Origin: Methylococcaceae bacterium
GTDB taxonomy: Bacteria; Pseudomonadota; Gammaproteobacteria; Methylococcales; Methylococcaceae
Assembly: GCA_044378425.1 (NCBI GenBank)
Contig: JBILXN010000001.1
Location: forward strand, 1-40,829
Reading direction: 5' to 3'
DNA: 40,829 nt
A program made the translations under genes and the position numbers. This document shows positions 19,704 through 28,944 of the stretch, in pieces; the stretch's first letter is position 1, and every line of letters starts with the position of its first letter. Under the pieces are notes generated by a model. That model was not told where the DNA came from and ran no database searches. It saw only the letters and a list, made by a program, of their open reading frames with translations.

Positions 19704-20351
19704 TCAGCGAGGGCGTACCAAATCTCTGATCGCCGCAGCAATATCCCGATTCAGACGCGACAGACATTGACTCTCCACCGCCACCATCAGCGCATAATCG
19801 CTGGACGATGCGGGCTGGCGGCAGGCGAACCTGCGATTGAGGCTCTGAGCGAAATCCTTGCCGTAACGCAAACTCCAACCGGCGTCCATCACGACCTGGC
19901 CCAAAGGGTCAACATGCAGCGCCCGAATGTTAATGGCCACCTGCACATCCGGCTTGGGCTCCCGCGGCCAGGGCTGCAGCAGAACACGATCAGTAGGAAT
20001 CAGGCTCGACAGGTTCTGAGCCGACACCCGTGCGATGTTCACATCAAGCCGCTCGGCCCAGCGCTGCTCATCTGCCAGCCGATATTCCTGCCCGGACAGC
20101 GCGGTCACCATCTGTGGCCGATCTAGGTAGGCCGGCACCTTGATTGGCCCAAGCCCGACCAGGGGGCCATCAGCGGCAGGTGCAACCGGGCCGGAGGCAT
20201 CAAGTGCCTGCAGCATGTAAAACTGATCCGACTTACTGGCCCTGAAGCAACCGCTCAATAGCAGCGGGAACATCAGACCCATCAAACCCAGCCTCATGAC
20301 CGGGAATTGCAGCATATTAAAAAGTCTCATCATGTTTCCGAGGGTTAGCAC
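19704..20351 (-). CDS. ABC-transport auxiliary lipoprotein (DUF330 / PqiC-YmbA-like)
   Basis: Lipobox LLLSGC. Last gene of the MCE operon. Start uncertain: GTG 20351, ATG 20333/20330, or ATG 20297 (MRLGLMGLMFPLLLSGC). Confidence 0.75.
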   Translation of the reverse strand: MLTLGNMMRLFNMLQFPVMRLGLMGLMFPLLLSGCFRASKSDQFYMLQALDASGPVAPAADGPLVGLGPIKVPAYLDRPQMVTALSGQEYRLADEQRWAERLDVNIARVSAQNLSSLIPTDRVLLQPWPREPKPDVQVAINIRALHVDPLGQVVMDAGWSLRYGKDFAQSLNRRFACRQPASSSDYALMVAVESQCLSRLNRDIAAAIRDLVRPR

Positions 20352-20415
20352 ATATAGCCGAACGATCTGCGGTTCCAGACCACTTCTGGCAAGAATATCA
20401 CGCAGACATAAGCCC

Positions 20416-21435
20416 CTAATCGGGCTTGCCGAACAGCACCGCGTCGGGATGGCGCTCCAGGTAATCCGTCAAATTCCGAATCGATTGAGCCGCGTTGCGC
20501 AACTCGACCACAGCATCCTGCAGGCCGGAATCACTGCTGGTAGCGTCGGCAATGTTACTGGCCGCCCCTTTGGCCGAGTCCAGTGCAGCACTCGCCTGTA
20601 GCAGCGTCTGCTCCGCCGCCTTCATGACCGGCCCGGTCTGGCCCTTCAGTTCACGTACCAGCCCCGAAGTGTCCCGCGCCGTCACGCCAACATCGCGAGA
20701 GGTCTGATCCATGGTTTTCATCAGTGCAGGTAACTGCTTTTCCAGTTCGGCCAGGATCACCTGTGCGTCCACCAGGGCCCTGGTCAACGCTGCCTGTGAT
20801 TTACGGGTTTCATCAGATCCAACCAAGCTCCGGATATCTGCCAGCGTCGCCGCAATATCATTGACCATCGCGTCCAGAGGCATGTTACGGATCTTCTTCA
20901 TCACATCTTCCATGGTGCTCATGACTTCGTCCACGGTGGGCGGTACCGATGGCACTTCAGGCAGACCTTCAAAGTTAAGACCCGTCAGTCGTTGCTGTTG
21001 GTCGGGGCGAAAATCAAGATCAACATAGAGCAATCCGGTCAGGATGCTCTGCACTTCAAGCCTCGCCTTGAGGCCCGTCTCAATCAGCCTCCTGACCTCC
21101 TCATGGCGGCCAGTGCTCATGGGGATAGTGACGGGCTCACCGTCCAGTTTAGCCAGTCGCCAAGGCTCGATTTCCAGCACGACCGGCTTCCACAGGCGCT
21201 GGCTTTTACCATCAAACTGCAGCTTAATTTCCTTGACGATACCGACCTGAACGCCTTGCACCTTGACCGGCGCCCCGACATTGAGGCCGTTCAGCGACGT
21301 ATTGAAATACACCACCCAGTGAATCCTGGGTTTGAAAAACTGGCCGCCGCCAAACACCAGCAAGGCCGTTATCAGGAGGGCGATTCCGCCGACGACAAAG
21401 CTGCCGATGGCCATGGGATTCACAGGTTTGCTCAT
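20416..21435 (-). CDS. MCE / MlaD-family substrate-binding protein
   Basis: N-terminal TM helix, then an MCE domain (YFNTSLNGLNVGAPVKVQGVQVGIVKEI). Long helical C-terminal region. The start overlaps the ATPase stop by 4 nt. Confidence 0.85.
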   Translation of the reverse strand: MSKPVNPMAIGSFVVGGIALLITALLVFGGGQFFKPRIHWVVYFNTSLNGLNVGAPVKVQGVQVGIVKEIKLQFDGKSQRLWKPVVLEIEPWRLAKLDGEPVTIPMSTGRHEEVRRLIETGLKARLEVQSILTGLLYVDLDFRPDQQQRLTGLNFEGLPEVPSVPPTVDEVMSTMEDVMKKIRNMPLDAMVNDIAATLADIRSLVGSDETRKSQAALTRALVDAQVILAELEKQLPALMKTMDQTSRDVGVTARDTSGLVRELKGQTGPVMKAAEQTLLQASAALDSAKGAASNIADATSSDSGLQDAVVELRNAAQSIRNLTDYLERHPDAVLFGKPD

Positions 21436-22208
21436 GGACAGGCTCCTTGGGCTTTACCACTCAGGGAATCCCGGGTCAAAAACCGGATCACTTTCGGATC
21501 CCTCGACTCAGCCAACAGTTGCTTGGGCGGACCACCGGCGATCGCGGTTCGACTCTCGGGATCAAGAAAAATCGAGTTGGTGCCAATCGCAAAGATGCTG
21601 GGCAATTCATGGGTCACCACGATAATGGTCGCACCGAGGCTGTCACGAAGACTCTGAATCAGATCATCGAGCAGTTTAGCGCTGATCGGATCAAGGCCGG
21701 CCGAAGGCTCATCAAAATAGAGGATCTCAGGATCCATCGCCATCGCGCGAGCCAGGCCCGCCCGTTTCTGCATCCCGCCGCTGATCTCGGCGGGGTAATA
21801 ATCCTCGAATCCCGCAAGCCCGACCAGCGCCAGCTTGTAGGAGGCGATTTTGCTGATCTGGCGTGAGGACAGCGTGGTAAATTCAGCCAGAGGCAAGGCG
21901 ATATTTTCCGCCAGGGTCATTGAGCTTAACAACGCTCCGCTCTGGAACAGCACACCAATCCGGCGCATGATTTTTTCGCGCTCCGCCGGACTCGCCTGCC
22001 AGAAATTCTGCTGACCATAAAATACATCACCCCGCGCCGGTGACTGCAGACCAATCAGGTGCATCAGCAACGTGCTCTTGCCGCAACCACTGCCGCCCAT
22101 CACGATAAAAATATCGCCGCGATTCACCGTAAAACTGAGATTTTGTTGAATAACAAAATCCCCATAGGCCATGGTCAGATTCCTGACGCTAATAACAGGT
22201 TCGATCAT
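21432..22208 (-). CDS. ABC transporter ATP-binding protein, MlaF-like
   Basis: Walker A GGSGCGKST, signature ISGGMQKRAGLARA, Walker B ILYFDEPSAGLD. Confidence 0.9.
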   Translation of the reverse strand: MIEPVISVRNLTMAYGDFVIQQNLSFTVNRGDIFIVMGGSGCGKSTLLMHLIGLQSPARGDVFYGQQNFWQASPAEREKIMRRIGVLFQSGALLSSMTLAENIALPLAEFTTLSSRQISKIASYKLALVGLAGFEDYYPAEISGGMQKRAGLARAMAMDPEILYFDEPSAGLDPISAKLLDDLIQSLRDSLGATIIVVTHELPSIFAIGTNSIFLDPESRTAIAGGPPKQLLAESRDPKVIRFLTRDSLSGKAQGACP

Positions 22209-22216
22209 GGGTAAAG

Positions 22217-23350
22217 TCAGATATTCAGCCGATTACAGATCAGCGTGATGATCGAGTCGGCGATGACGATGAATACGATCCCTGTCACCACTGCCGAAGT
22301 AGCAGCATCACCGACTGCAGAAGCACTGCGCCCGCACTGCATGCCACGCAAACACCCCGCTAGCGCTATTAGCACACCAAACACACCACATTTGAAAAGA
22401 CCCACAAAGAAATCGCTCAGTTTTACCGCCTCGGCTGTGCGGTGCAGATATTGGGTGAGCGGCGTATCAAAAAACGCCACGCTAACCATCCCTCCCCCTA
22501 TGATGCCCAGCAGGTCGGCGTAGAGGCATAGCAAGGGCATGACCAGAATCAGTGCCAACATGCGCGGCAGAACCAAAAACTCTACCGGGCCAAAGCCCAT
22601 TACCCGCAATGCCGATAGTTCAAGATTCACGTTCATGGTGCCTATTTGTGCGGCAAAAGCAGCGCCCGAGCGCCCCGACATAATGATGGCTGTCATCAGC
22701 GCACCCATTTCACGGGTCATGCCCAAAGCAACCAGATCGGCAATGTACAACTGGGCGCCGAACAGGGCCAGCTGCACGGCGCCCACAAAGGCCAGTATCA
22801 GACCGACCAGCAAACTGATCAGCGTTACGATGGGCACAGCCGCCGGGCCACATTCCTGAATCTGCAACCAGAGATCAATCGGCCGAAACCGTGCACGGGC
22901 TCCGGCCAGCGCGGCAAACGCCAGTACGGCCTCCCCGACAAAACGGGTCAGAGCCAGACCATCCAGCCATAACATGCGCGTAGATTCGCCAATCGTCTGA
23001 AGCCACTGAGCACGGTTCGCATCCCGTCGAGCACCCTCGCGCTCTGGCACGGCGGTGGCAAGATCAATCAACTTGATAACGCCCTCCGGCAACTTTGACC
23101 GGTCGGGGCTTAGGCTAACGGCCTGTGCCTTCATGAGATCAAGCAGGAATGTCATCAGGACACTGTCCCACTCACCCAAGGCCCTGCCATCCAGGGTGAC
23201 CAGCGCAGCCTCGGGATAGTGTGCCAGCGCCTCCAGCACCTCCTGCGCATCCGTGGTCACACGCTCTGACACCGTCCAGTCACCTCGCAGAACCAGGGAT
23301 ATAGATCCGGGGGCGCTCTGTTCAAGTTGCCAGTGAGGGGAAACGGTCAT
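22217..23350 (-). CDS. MlaE-family ABC permease with an N-terminal STAS-like domain
   Basis: 377 aa. The first roughly 110 aa are soluble and STAS-like (ISLVLRGDWTV...). The remainder is a multi-TM MlaE-type permease. Confidence 0.85.
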   Translation of the reverse strand: MTVSPHWQLEQSAPGSISLVLRGDWTVSERVTTDAQEVLEALAHYPEAALVTLDGRALGEWDSVLMTFLLDLMKAQAVSLSPDRSKLPEGVIKLIDLATAVPEREGARRDANRAQWLQTIGESTRMLWLDGLALTRFVGEAVLAFAALAGARARFRPIDLWLQIQECGPAAVPIVTLISLLVGLILAFVGAVQLALFGAQLYIADLVALGMTREMGALMTAIIMSGRSGAAFAAQIGTMNVNLELSALRVMGFGPVEFLVLPRMLALILVMPLLCLYADLLGIIGGGMVSVAFFDTPLTQYLHRTAEAVKLSDFFVGLFKCGVFGVLIALAGCLRGMQCGRSASAVGDAATSAVVTGIVFIVIADSIITLICNRLNI

Positions 23351-23425
23351 CGGTTAGCAGGCTCAGAGGTGATGGCTGTGAACCCATAGTACATAACTGA
23401 ATCGATTTTTGCCGCTTCGTTACCC

Positions 23426-23441
23426 CCACAGGAACCTGTGG
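23426..23441. promoter_or_regulatory. Perfect palindrome CCACAGG-AA-CCTGTGG in the divergent intergenic region
   Basis: 7-bp arms and a 2-nt spacer, read directly. Lies between the MlaE operon start (23350) and the STAND gene start (23567). Confidence 0.3.
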
Positions 23442-23566
23442 CATCAACCAAGCAGGCACTATGGATCCGGTAAATCAGGCTTATCCGAGAGATGGGAATC
23501 GCCGGCCACCCATTCGGGATACAATAGAGCCACCTTCAGCCAGCCCTCTCAGCAGGAACAACGGAT

Positions 23567-26470
23567 TTGTCCGGCCCCCTCGACTTATTCATCAGCCACG
23601 ACCACAGCTCTCAGGCCGAGGTGAAGCGGCTCTCCTCCGCACTGGCGGCCAGAGGCTTGTCATGTTGTGCAGTTGAAACCCAGTACGGGACCGAACTGCA
23701 GCCGCGCATGGCAACCGCCAAAGTAGTGCTGATCTGGGGTTCGGATGCTTTCTTCAGATCCCGCAATGGTCAGACTCATCTGGCTCTGGCCTGGATCGCC
23801 TGTCACCAGCCCAGACCGACCCAACCCGGCCGGATTGTCATCATTAACGCCGAACCCGGCTTGAAGCACATTTACCCACTGGCCCTGCGGGAGCATGTAC
23901 TGGCTGCAGCACCAGGTCTTGAGGGTGCCCCCGATGCGACCGCTCTTGCAGAAAAAATAGGCCGGCACTGTGAACAGTTCAGCGGCACACTGGGCGGTCT
24001 TTACCCGGCAGTCGTGGGCGGCTGGCGTGAAGCCTATGACATGGCCAGCCGACCCTCTCCGCATTTTGCCGGCCGTGAACGGGAACTCTGGGATATTCAT
24101 ACTGCATTATCCCCCCGCACAGAGCCGGGACCGGCTGACCGGTGCACGCCTCGCAGGGTGGTCATCTCGGCCGGTGCCGGGCAAGGAAAATCCACCTTGG
24201 CACGCGAATACGCCTTTCGTTTCGGTGCTGCGTACTCAGGCGGTGTCTTCCGACTGTCGGCTCGTGATGCACTGCCTGCCGCCAGCATAAGGGAGCTGGC
24301 TGAAAATCCGGCACTGAAACCTCAGTTGCTGGCATTGCTGCGAGAACTGACACCGGAATCCGCCCTTGACGATAGCACCGGGCTTGCCACCGTAACGGCG
24401 AGCCTCGAATCTGCGCTAACCCGTGACGCCAGGCCCTTTCTTTGGATTGTCGACGATATTCCCGAGGGTATTAATGGCCCGGCCCTCCAGCAGTGGTTTG
24501 CTCCTGACCGTTCGGGATTCTGGGGCAGTACCCTCCTCATCAGCCGCAGCCAGCGCTACGACCACCGGGCAGAGCCCATTCACCTGCCAAGCCTCGACGA
24601 TGATGCCGGTTTCACCTTGCTCACCCGCGGCCAGCAGGTCACCCGCCCCGACGAGCGCGATGCGGCTCACTGGTTGGTGGATGCGCTGGGACGACATGCC
24701 CGCTTTGTCACCATTGCCGGTGGCATCACCGCATCACAACGACGTGGTCGCCGATCGCACTACGGTCATCTGCTTCACCATTTTGAAAAGAAAAACCGCC
24801 TATCCGCCGATCTGGTGTCTCGCCACCCAGGGGCATTTCCCGAAGGTCACGCCCCCACCGCGGCAACAGCACTGGCCGATGGCATCCTCGCCCTTCATGA
24901 ACCCGCCCGTAACATTTTGCTGCTCGCGGGTGAACTGACAGATTATCCCCTGCCTGCTGACTTCATCGTGGAGTGCTTCATCCTCGCAGGGCTGAATAGC
25001 GCGGATCACGGGGACGACCGATTCAGCATCCGTATCAATGCCCCCGAAGACGAGGCCATGACGATCGAGACTGGCCCGCACTATGTCGAAGCCGGTGCCA
25101 GAATGCTGGAAAACCTGGGACTGGCCGAACTGAACGACCAGTCACTCTCGCTCTACCCGGTCGCTATTGCGGTAGCAGACACATTAATCCCGGCACCTGG
25201 CCGACAAGCCAACTTTCGTGAAGCCGCCCTGCAGGCACTTTATGTCGTTGCCGAATCCTGCCTCGCCAGTGGCGATTGGCGGCAGCTGGCAGCACTGGCC
25301 CCCCATGGCCACAGGCTGCTTGGCGATATCCGCAACCGCCCCATAGATGCCGAGGACTCTACCGCGGAAATTACCGGACGCATCCGTCTTGCCCTGCATC
25401 TGGCGGACATGGATCTGCGACATGGGGCGCGCAAGCGGGCGATCCAGCTCTATCGCGCCACCAATGCCTATCTGGTCCGTGCGATGGCGCTCGAACCCCA
25501 CAACGGATCAAGGCAAAGGGATTTCGCCCGCATTCAGGAGCAGCTCGGTGACCTGCTGTTCGATCAGGGCGAACTTTCTTCTGCCCTTGACCATTTTCGT
25601 AAAAGCCTTGGTGTTCGCTCTTTCATGGCGAAGCAGGATCCGGCCGGCAGTGAACTGCTGCAAGACCTGCTGCGACATCACGGCAAAATAGGAAAAATAC
25701 TGATCACCCAGCAGGATTACGAGGCTGCCCTGCAAAGTTATCGCGCCGCCCATGCCATCACGGCCAAACTGGCGCAGGAAACCGCTAACGACACCAACCT
25801 GCAGTTTGATCTGGCCGGGAGTTACGAGCGGCTGGCCGGAATCTACAGTCGTCTTGGCAATGCCAGAGCCGCCATGTCGGCACTGGCGCTGGCCCAGCCT
25901 ATCCTCGAAACACTGACCGACCGCCAGCCTCGGGAGATTCGCTTTGGCAAGGCGCTGGCCGCCGTGCACAACATGACGGGCGACCTACTAAGGATCCAGG
26001 ATGATTTGTCGGGCGCACTGAATCGCTACCGTATGGCACTGTCGATTGCCGAAAACACTGCCCGACTGGCGCCCGACGAACATGATTTACAGCGCGATAT
26101 CGCTGTCTGTCACGACAACCTGGGCGAAACTCTCTCGGGTCTTGATGACCCCAATGAAGCCCAGAACCACTTCCTGGCCTGCTTGTCGATTGCCGACCAC
26201 CCGGACAATCGACCCGCGTTCAGCGGACTCAGGCGCCGCGACATTGCGGTGGTCATGATAAAACTGGGGATGCTGCAGGAAACGGCAAAGGATATCGATG
26301 GTGCCCTGAACCGCTATCAGGGCGCTCGCAGTATCATTGAGCGGTTGGCCATTGACTTACCCGATAACGAGGCGTTAAGGGAAGACCTCTCCTGGCTAAG
26401 AAAGAAACTCGACCGCCTCAACGACAAGAAAGCCGCCGAATTACGCAGACGTGCCCGGGAAACGCGTTAA
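23567..26470 (+). CDS. TIR-like / P-loop STAND NTPase (NB-ARC-type) / TPR-repeat protein (967 aa)
   Basis: TTG start. N-terminus GPLDLFISHDH... resembles the first strand of TIR-type domains. FAGRERELWDI is followed by Walker A GAGQGKST (24173-24196), Walker B FLWIVDDI (24437-24460) and TLLISRS. The C-terminal roughly 350 aa hold at least 6 TPR-like units. Confidence 0.8.
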   Translation: MSGPLDLFISHDHSSQAEVKRLSSALAARGLSCCAVETQYGTELQPRMATAKVVLIWGSDAFFRSRNGQTHLALAWIACHQPRPTQPGRIVIINAEPGLKHIYPLALREHVLAAAPGLEGAPDATALAEKIGRHCEQFSGTLGGLYPAVVGGWREAYDMASRPSPHFAGRERELWDIHTALSPRTEPGPADRCTPRRVVISAGAGQGKSTLAREYAFRFGAAYSGGVFRLSARDALPAASIRELAENPALKPQLLALLRELTPESALDDSTGLATVTASLESALTRDARPFLWIVDDIPEGINGPALQQWFAPDRSGFWGSTLLISRSQRYDHRAEPIHLPSLDDDAGFTLLTRGQQVTRPDERDAAHWLVDALGRHARFVTIAGGITASQRRGRRSHYGHLLHHFEKKNRLSADLVSRHPGAFPEGHAPTAATALADGILALHEPARNILLLAGELTDYPLPADFIVECFILAGLNSADHGDDRFSIRINAPEDEAMTIETGPHYVEAGARMLENLGLAELNDQSLSLYPVAIAVADTLIPAPGRQANFREAALQALYVVAESCLASGDWRQLAALAPHGHRLLGDIRNRPIDAEDSTAEITGRIRLALHLADMDLRHGARKRAIQLYRATNAYLVRAMALEPHNGSRQRDFARIQEQLGDLLFDQGELSSALDHFRKSLGVRSFMAKQDPAGSELLQDLLRHHGKIGKILITQQDYEAALQSYRAAHAITAKLAQETANDTNLQFDLAGSYERLAGIYSRLGNARAAMSALALAQPILETLTDRQPREIRFGKALAAVHNMTGDLLRIQDDLSGALNRYRMALSIAENTARLAPDEHDLQRDIAVCHDNLGETLSGLDDPNEAQNHFLACLSIADHPDNRPAFSGLRRRDIAVVMIKLGMLQETAKDIDGALNRYQGARSIIERLAIDLPDNEALREDLSWLRKKLDRLNDKKAAELRRRARETR

Positions 26471-26560
26471 TATCCCGCCTGAACCAGCCCTGCACTGCCA
26501 CAATTGACGCGCTTTTTAGGATAATACCCACCTTCAAATCCGCTCATTACACCCCTCCCC

Positions 26561-28321
26561 ATGAAAAAACGCCTCGAACGCTTGCTGCAGGAAGCTGTTG
26601 CCATTCTGAAAACCGACGGAACACTGCCGCATGATAGTGATCCCGTCACTACGGTGGAGCGCGCCCGCGACGCACAGCATGGCGACTTCGCCACCAACCT
26701 TGCCATGGCGCTGGCCAAACCGGCCCGCAGCAATCCGCGGCAACTGGCAGAGAAGATCATCGCCGCACTGCCTCACGACCCCGCCATTCTCAAGATCGAG
26801 ATTGCAGGCCCAGGCTTCATCAACGTTTTCATCGATCCCAAAGCCCAGTTTGGCGTGATCAAGGCCATTCATGAAGCGGGTCCGGCCTTTGGCCGTCATC
26901 AAATAGGCGCAGGCCAAAAGGTTCAGGTCGAGTTTGTCTCCGCCAATCCCACTGGCCCCTTGCATGTCGGTCATGGCCGGGGCGCCGCTTTTGGCGCGGT
27001 TGTAGCCAACCTGCTGGCGGCTGTCGGTTTCGACGTCCACCGTGAATATTATGTGAACGATGCTGGCCGGCAAATGGATATCCTTGCTGCCAGCGTGTGG
27101 CTCCGCTATCTGGAAGAATGCGGCGAATCACTGATTTTCCCCAGCAACGGCTACCGTGGCGATTATGTCCGCGCAGTGGCGTTTGAACTGCATAAAGTCC
27201 ACGGCGAAAAGCTTCGCCACACGGCAACCGAGGTTTTCAAAGACCTGCCGCTGGATGAACCAGAAGGCGGCGACAAGGAGATTTACATTGATGCCGTAGT
27301 CACCCGCGCCAAGACCCTGCTGGGCGCCGCGGGCTATGACGCGGTATTTGATAGCGGACTCAACAGCATACTGGCCGATATCCGGCAGGATCTTGAGGAA
27401 TTCGGCGTACGCTACGAGGACTGGTTTTCCGAACGCGGGCTCACCCGGTCGGGCGCGGTAGAACGGGCGTTGGCCACATTGAAAGCGGCGGGCTATCTGT
27501 ATGAGAAAGAGGGTGCCATCTGGTTTGCTTCCAGCCAGCTGGGGGATGAGAAAGATAGGGTCGTCGTGCGCGAAAACGGACAGATGACCTATTTCGCCTC
27601 CGACATCGCTTACCACATGCACAAACTGGAGCGCGGCTATGACCGCATTATCAACATTTGGGGTGCTGACCATCATGGCTACATACCCAGGGTCAAAGCT
27701 GCCATCGGTGCACTCGGCGGCGACCGCGATAAGCTCGAAGTCCTACTGGTGCAGTTCGCCGTGCTTTATCGCGGTGAAGAGAAAGTACAGATGTCAACGC
27801 GCTCCGGCGAATTCGTGACTCTGCGGCAATTGCGTAACGAGGTCGGCAGGGATGCCGCACGATTCTTCTACGTCATGCGAAAATCCGATCAGCATATGGA
27901 TTTCGATCTCAAGCTGGCCACCTCGCGCACCAATGAAAATCCGGTGTATTACGTTCAGTACGCCCACGCCCGCGTCTGCAGTGTATTCCGGCAATTGGAT
28001 GAAAAAGCACTGCCACGGGATCTGGCCAGCGGCATGGCTCAACTGGAACTACTGGTGGAGCCCCATGAGACGGCGCTGATTACCCGTCTTTCGCGTTATC
28101 CCGAGGTTATTGAGCAGTCCGCCTTGCAGCATGAACCGCATCATCTGATTCACTACCTGCGTGAGCTGGCCTGTGAGCTGCATACTTACTACAACGCCCA
28201 TCAGTTTCTGGTCGAAGACGTTGCGCTGCGGGATGCCCGACTGAATTTGATCGCGGCCGTCCGTCAGGTCATCGCCAATGGCCTGGCGCTGTTGGATGTA
28301 TCTGCACCGGAATCTATGTAA
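26561..28321 (+). CDS. argS: Arginine--tRNA ligase
   Basis: 586 aa. HIGH-type motif [25 protein letters not shown] (KMSK-equivalent). C-terminal anticodon-binding domain. Confidence 0.95.
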   Translation: MKKRLERLLQEAVAILKTDGTLPHDSDPVTTVERARDAQHGDFATNLAMALAKPARSNPRQLAEKIIAALPHDPAILKIEIAGPGFINVFIDPKAQFGVIKAIHEAGPAFGRHQIGAGQKVQVEFVSANPTGPLHVGHGRGAAFGAVVANLLAAVGFDVHREYYVNDAGRQMDILAASVWLRYLEECGESLIFPSNGYRGDYVRAVAFELHKVHGEKLRHTATEVFKDLPLDEPEGGDKEIYIDAVVTRAKTLLGAAGYDAVFDSGLNSILADIRQDLEEFGVRYEDWFSERGLTRSGAVERALATLKAAGYLYEKEGAIWFASSQLGDEKDRVVVRENGQMTYFASDIAYHMHKLERGYDRIINIWGADHHGYIPRVKAAIGALGGDRDKLEVLLVQFAVLYRGEEKVQMSTRSGEFVTLRQLRNEVGRDAARFFYVMRKSDQHMDFDLKLATSRTNENPVYYVQYAHARVCSVFRQLDEKALPRDLASGMAQLELLVEPHETALITRLSRYPEVIEQSALQHEPHHLIHYLRELACELHTYYNAHQFLVEDVALRDARLNLIAAVRQVIANGLALLDVSAPESM

Positions 28322-28325
28322 GGTC

Positions 28326-28874
28326 ATGGCCAAGGATCTCAAGCATCGCGTTCCGGCTTTTCGCACACGCAAAAAGAAAGCCCTGAACCGCTGGTTCCTA
28401 GCCTGCATCGGCGTGACGGTGATCAGCGTTGCCTTGATCGTCGGTGTTGGTCACCAAAAGACACCCGCCGGAAGCAGTTCCGCAACCCCTCAAAAAATGG
28501 CAGACGCGCCCACTGCGCCACCCAAGCCTCGCATCGGCTTCTTTCAATTGTTACCGGACAGTGAGCAACGCATCAGCGACGCCGATATCAAGGCAGAGTT
28601 GAATGAAATCCGCTTGGGCAAAACTGCTCGTTCAGGGTCCTACTTGCTCCAGACCGGGGCATTCACTGAACAAGCAGAAGCGGAGTCTTTAAGGGATGAA
28701 CTGCAGCGCCTCACCAAAACCAGGCCCAGACTTGAACTGATCAAGATGGAGTATGCCACCTGGTTTAGGGTCATACTTGGACCCTACAGGACGCTGCCTG
28801 ACGTCGATAAAGTCCGCAGTTTTCTGACAGAACACCACGTTGACAGTATCGTCCAGACATCAATAGATCCCTAG
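28326..28874 (+). CDS. SPOR domain-containing membrane protein (FtsN-like)
   Basis: The ATG at 28326 lies just after the argS stop. The tracked start at 28278 lies inside argS. One TM helix. C-terminal SPOR-like segment YLLQTGAFTEQAEAESLRDEL...WFRVILGPY. Confidence 0.7.
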   Translation: MAKDLKHRVPAFRTRKKKALNRWFLACIGVTVISVALIVGVGHQKTPAGSSSATPQKMADAPTAPPKPRIGFFQLLPDSEQRISDADIKAELNEIRLGKTARSGSYLLQTGAFTEQAEAESLRDELQRLTKTRPRLELIKMEYATWFRVILGPYRTLPDVDKVRSFLTEHHVDSIVQTSIDP

Positions 28875-28944
28875 ACGGCACCGGAAGCCTTGCTGCCGAA
28901 CCTTCCAACAGTTCAATCCTCCCGTTTCACTCCATTGATTTACC

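Noticed and set aside
26500-26530. TTGACG ... GATAAT promoter-like hexamers upstream of argS
   Set aside because: The spacing between the hexamers is only about 10 nt, incompatible with a sigma-70 promoter.
28278-28325. N-terminal extension of the SPOR-protein ORF
   Set aside because: It overlaps the end of argS. The ATG at 28326 lies just after the argS stop and gives the expected basic N-terminus plus TM helix.
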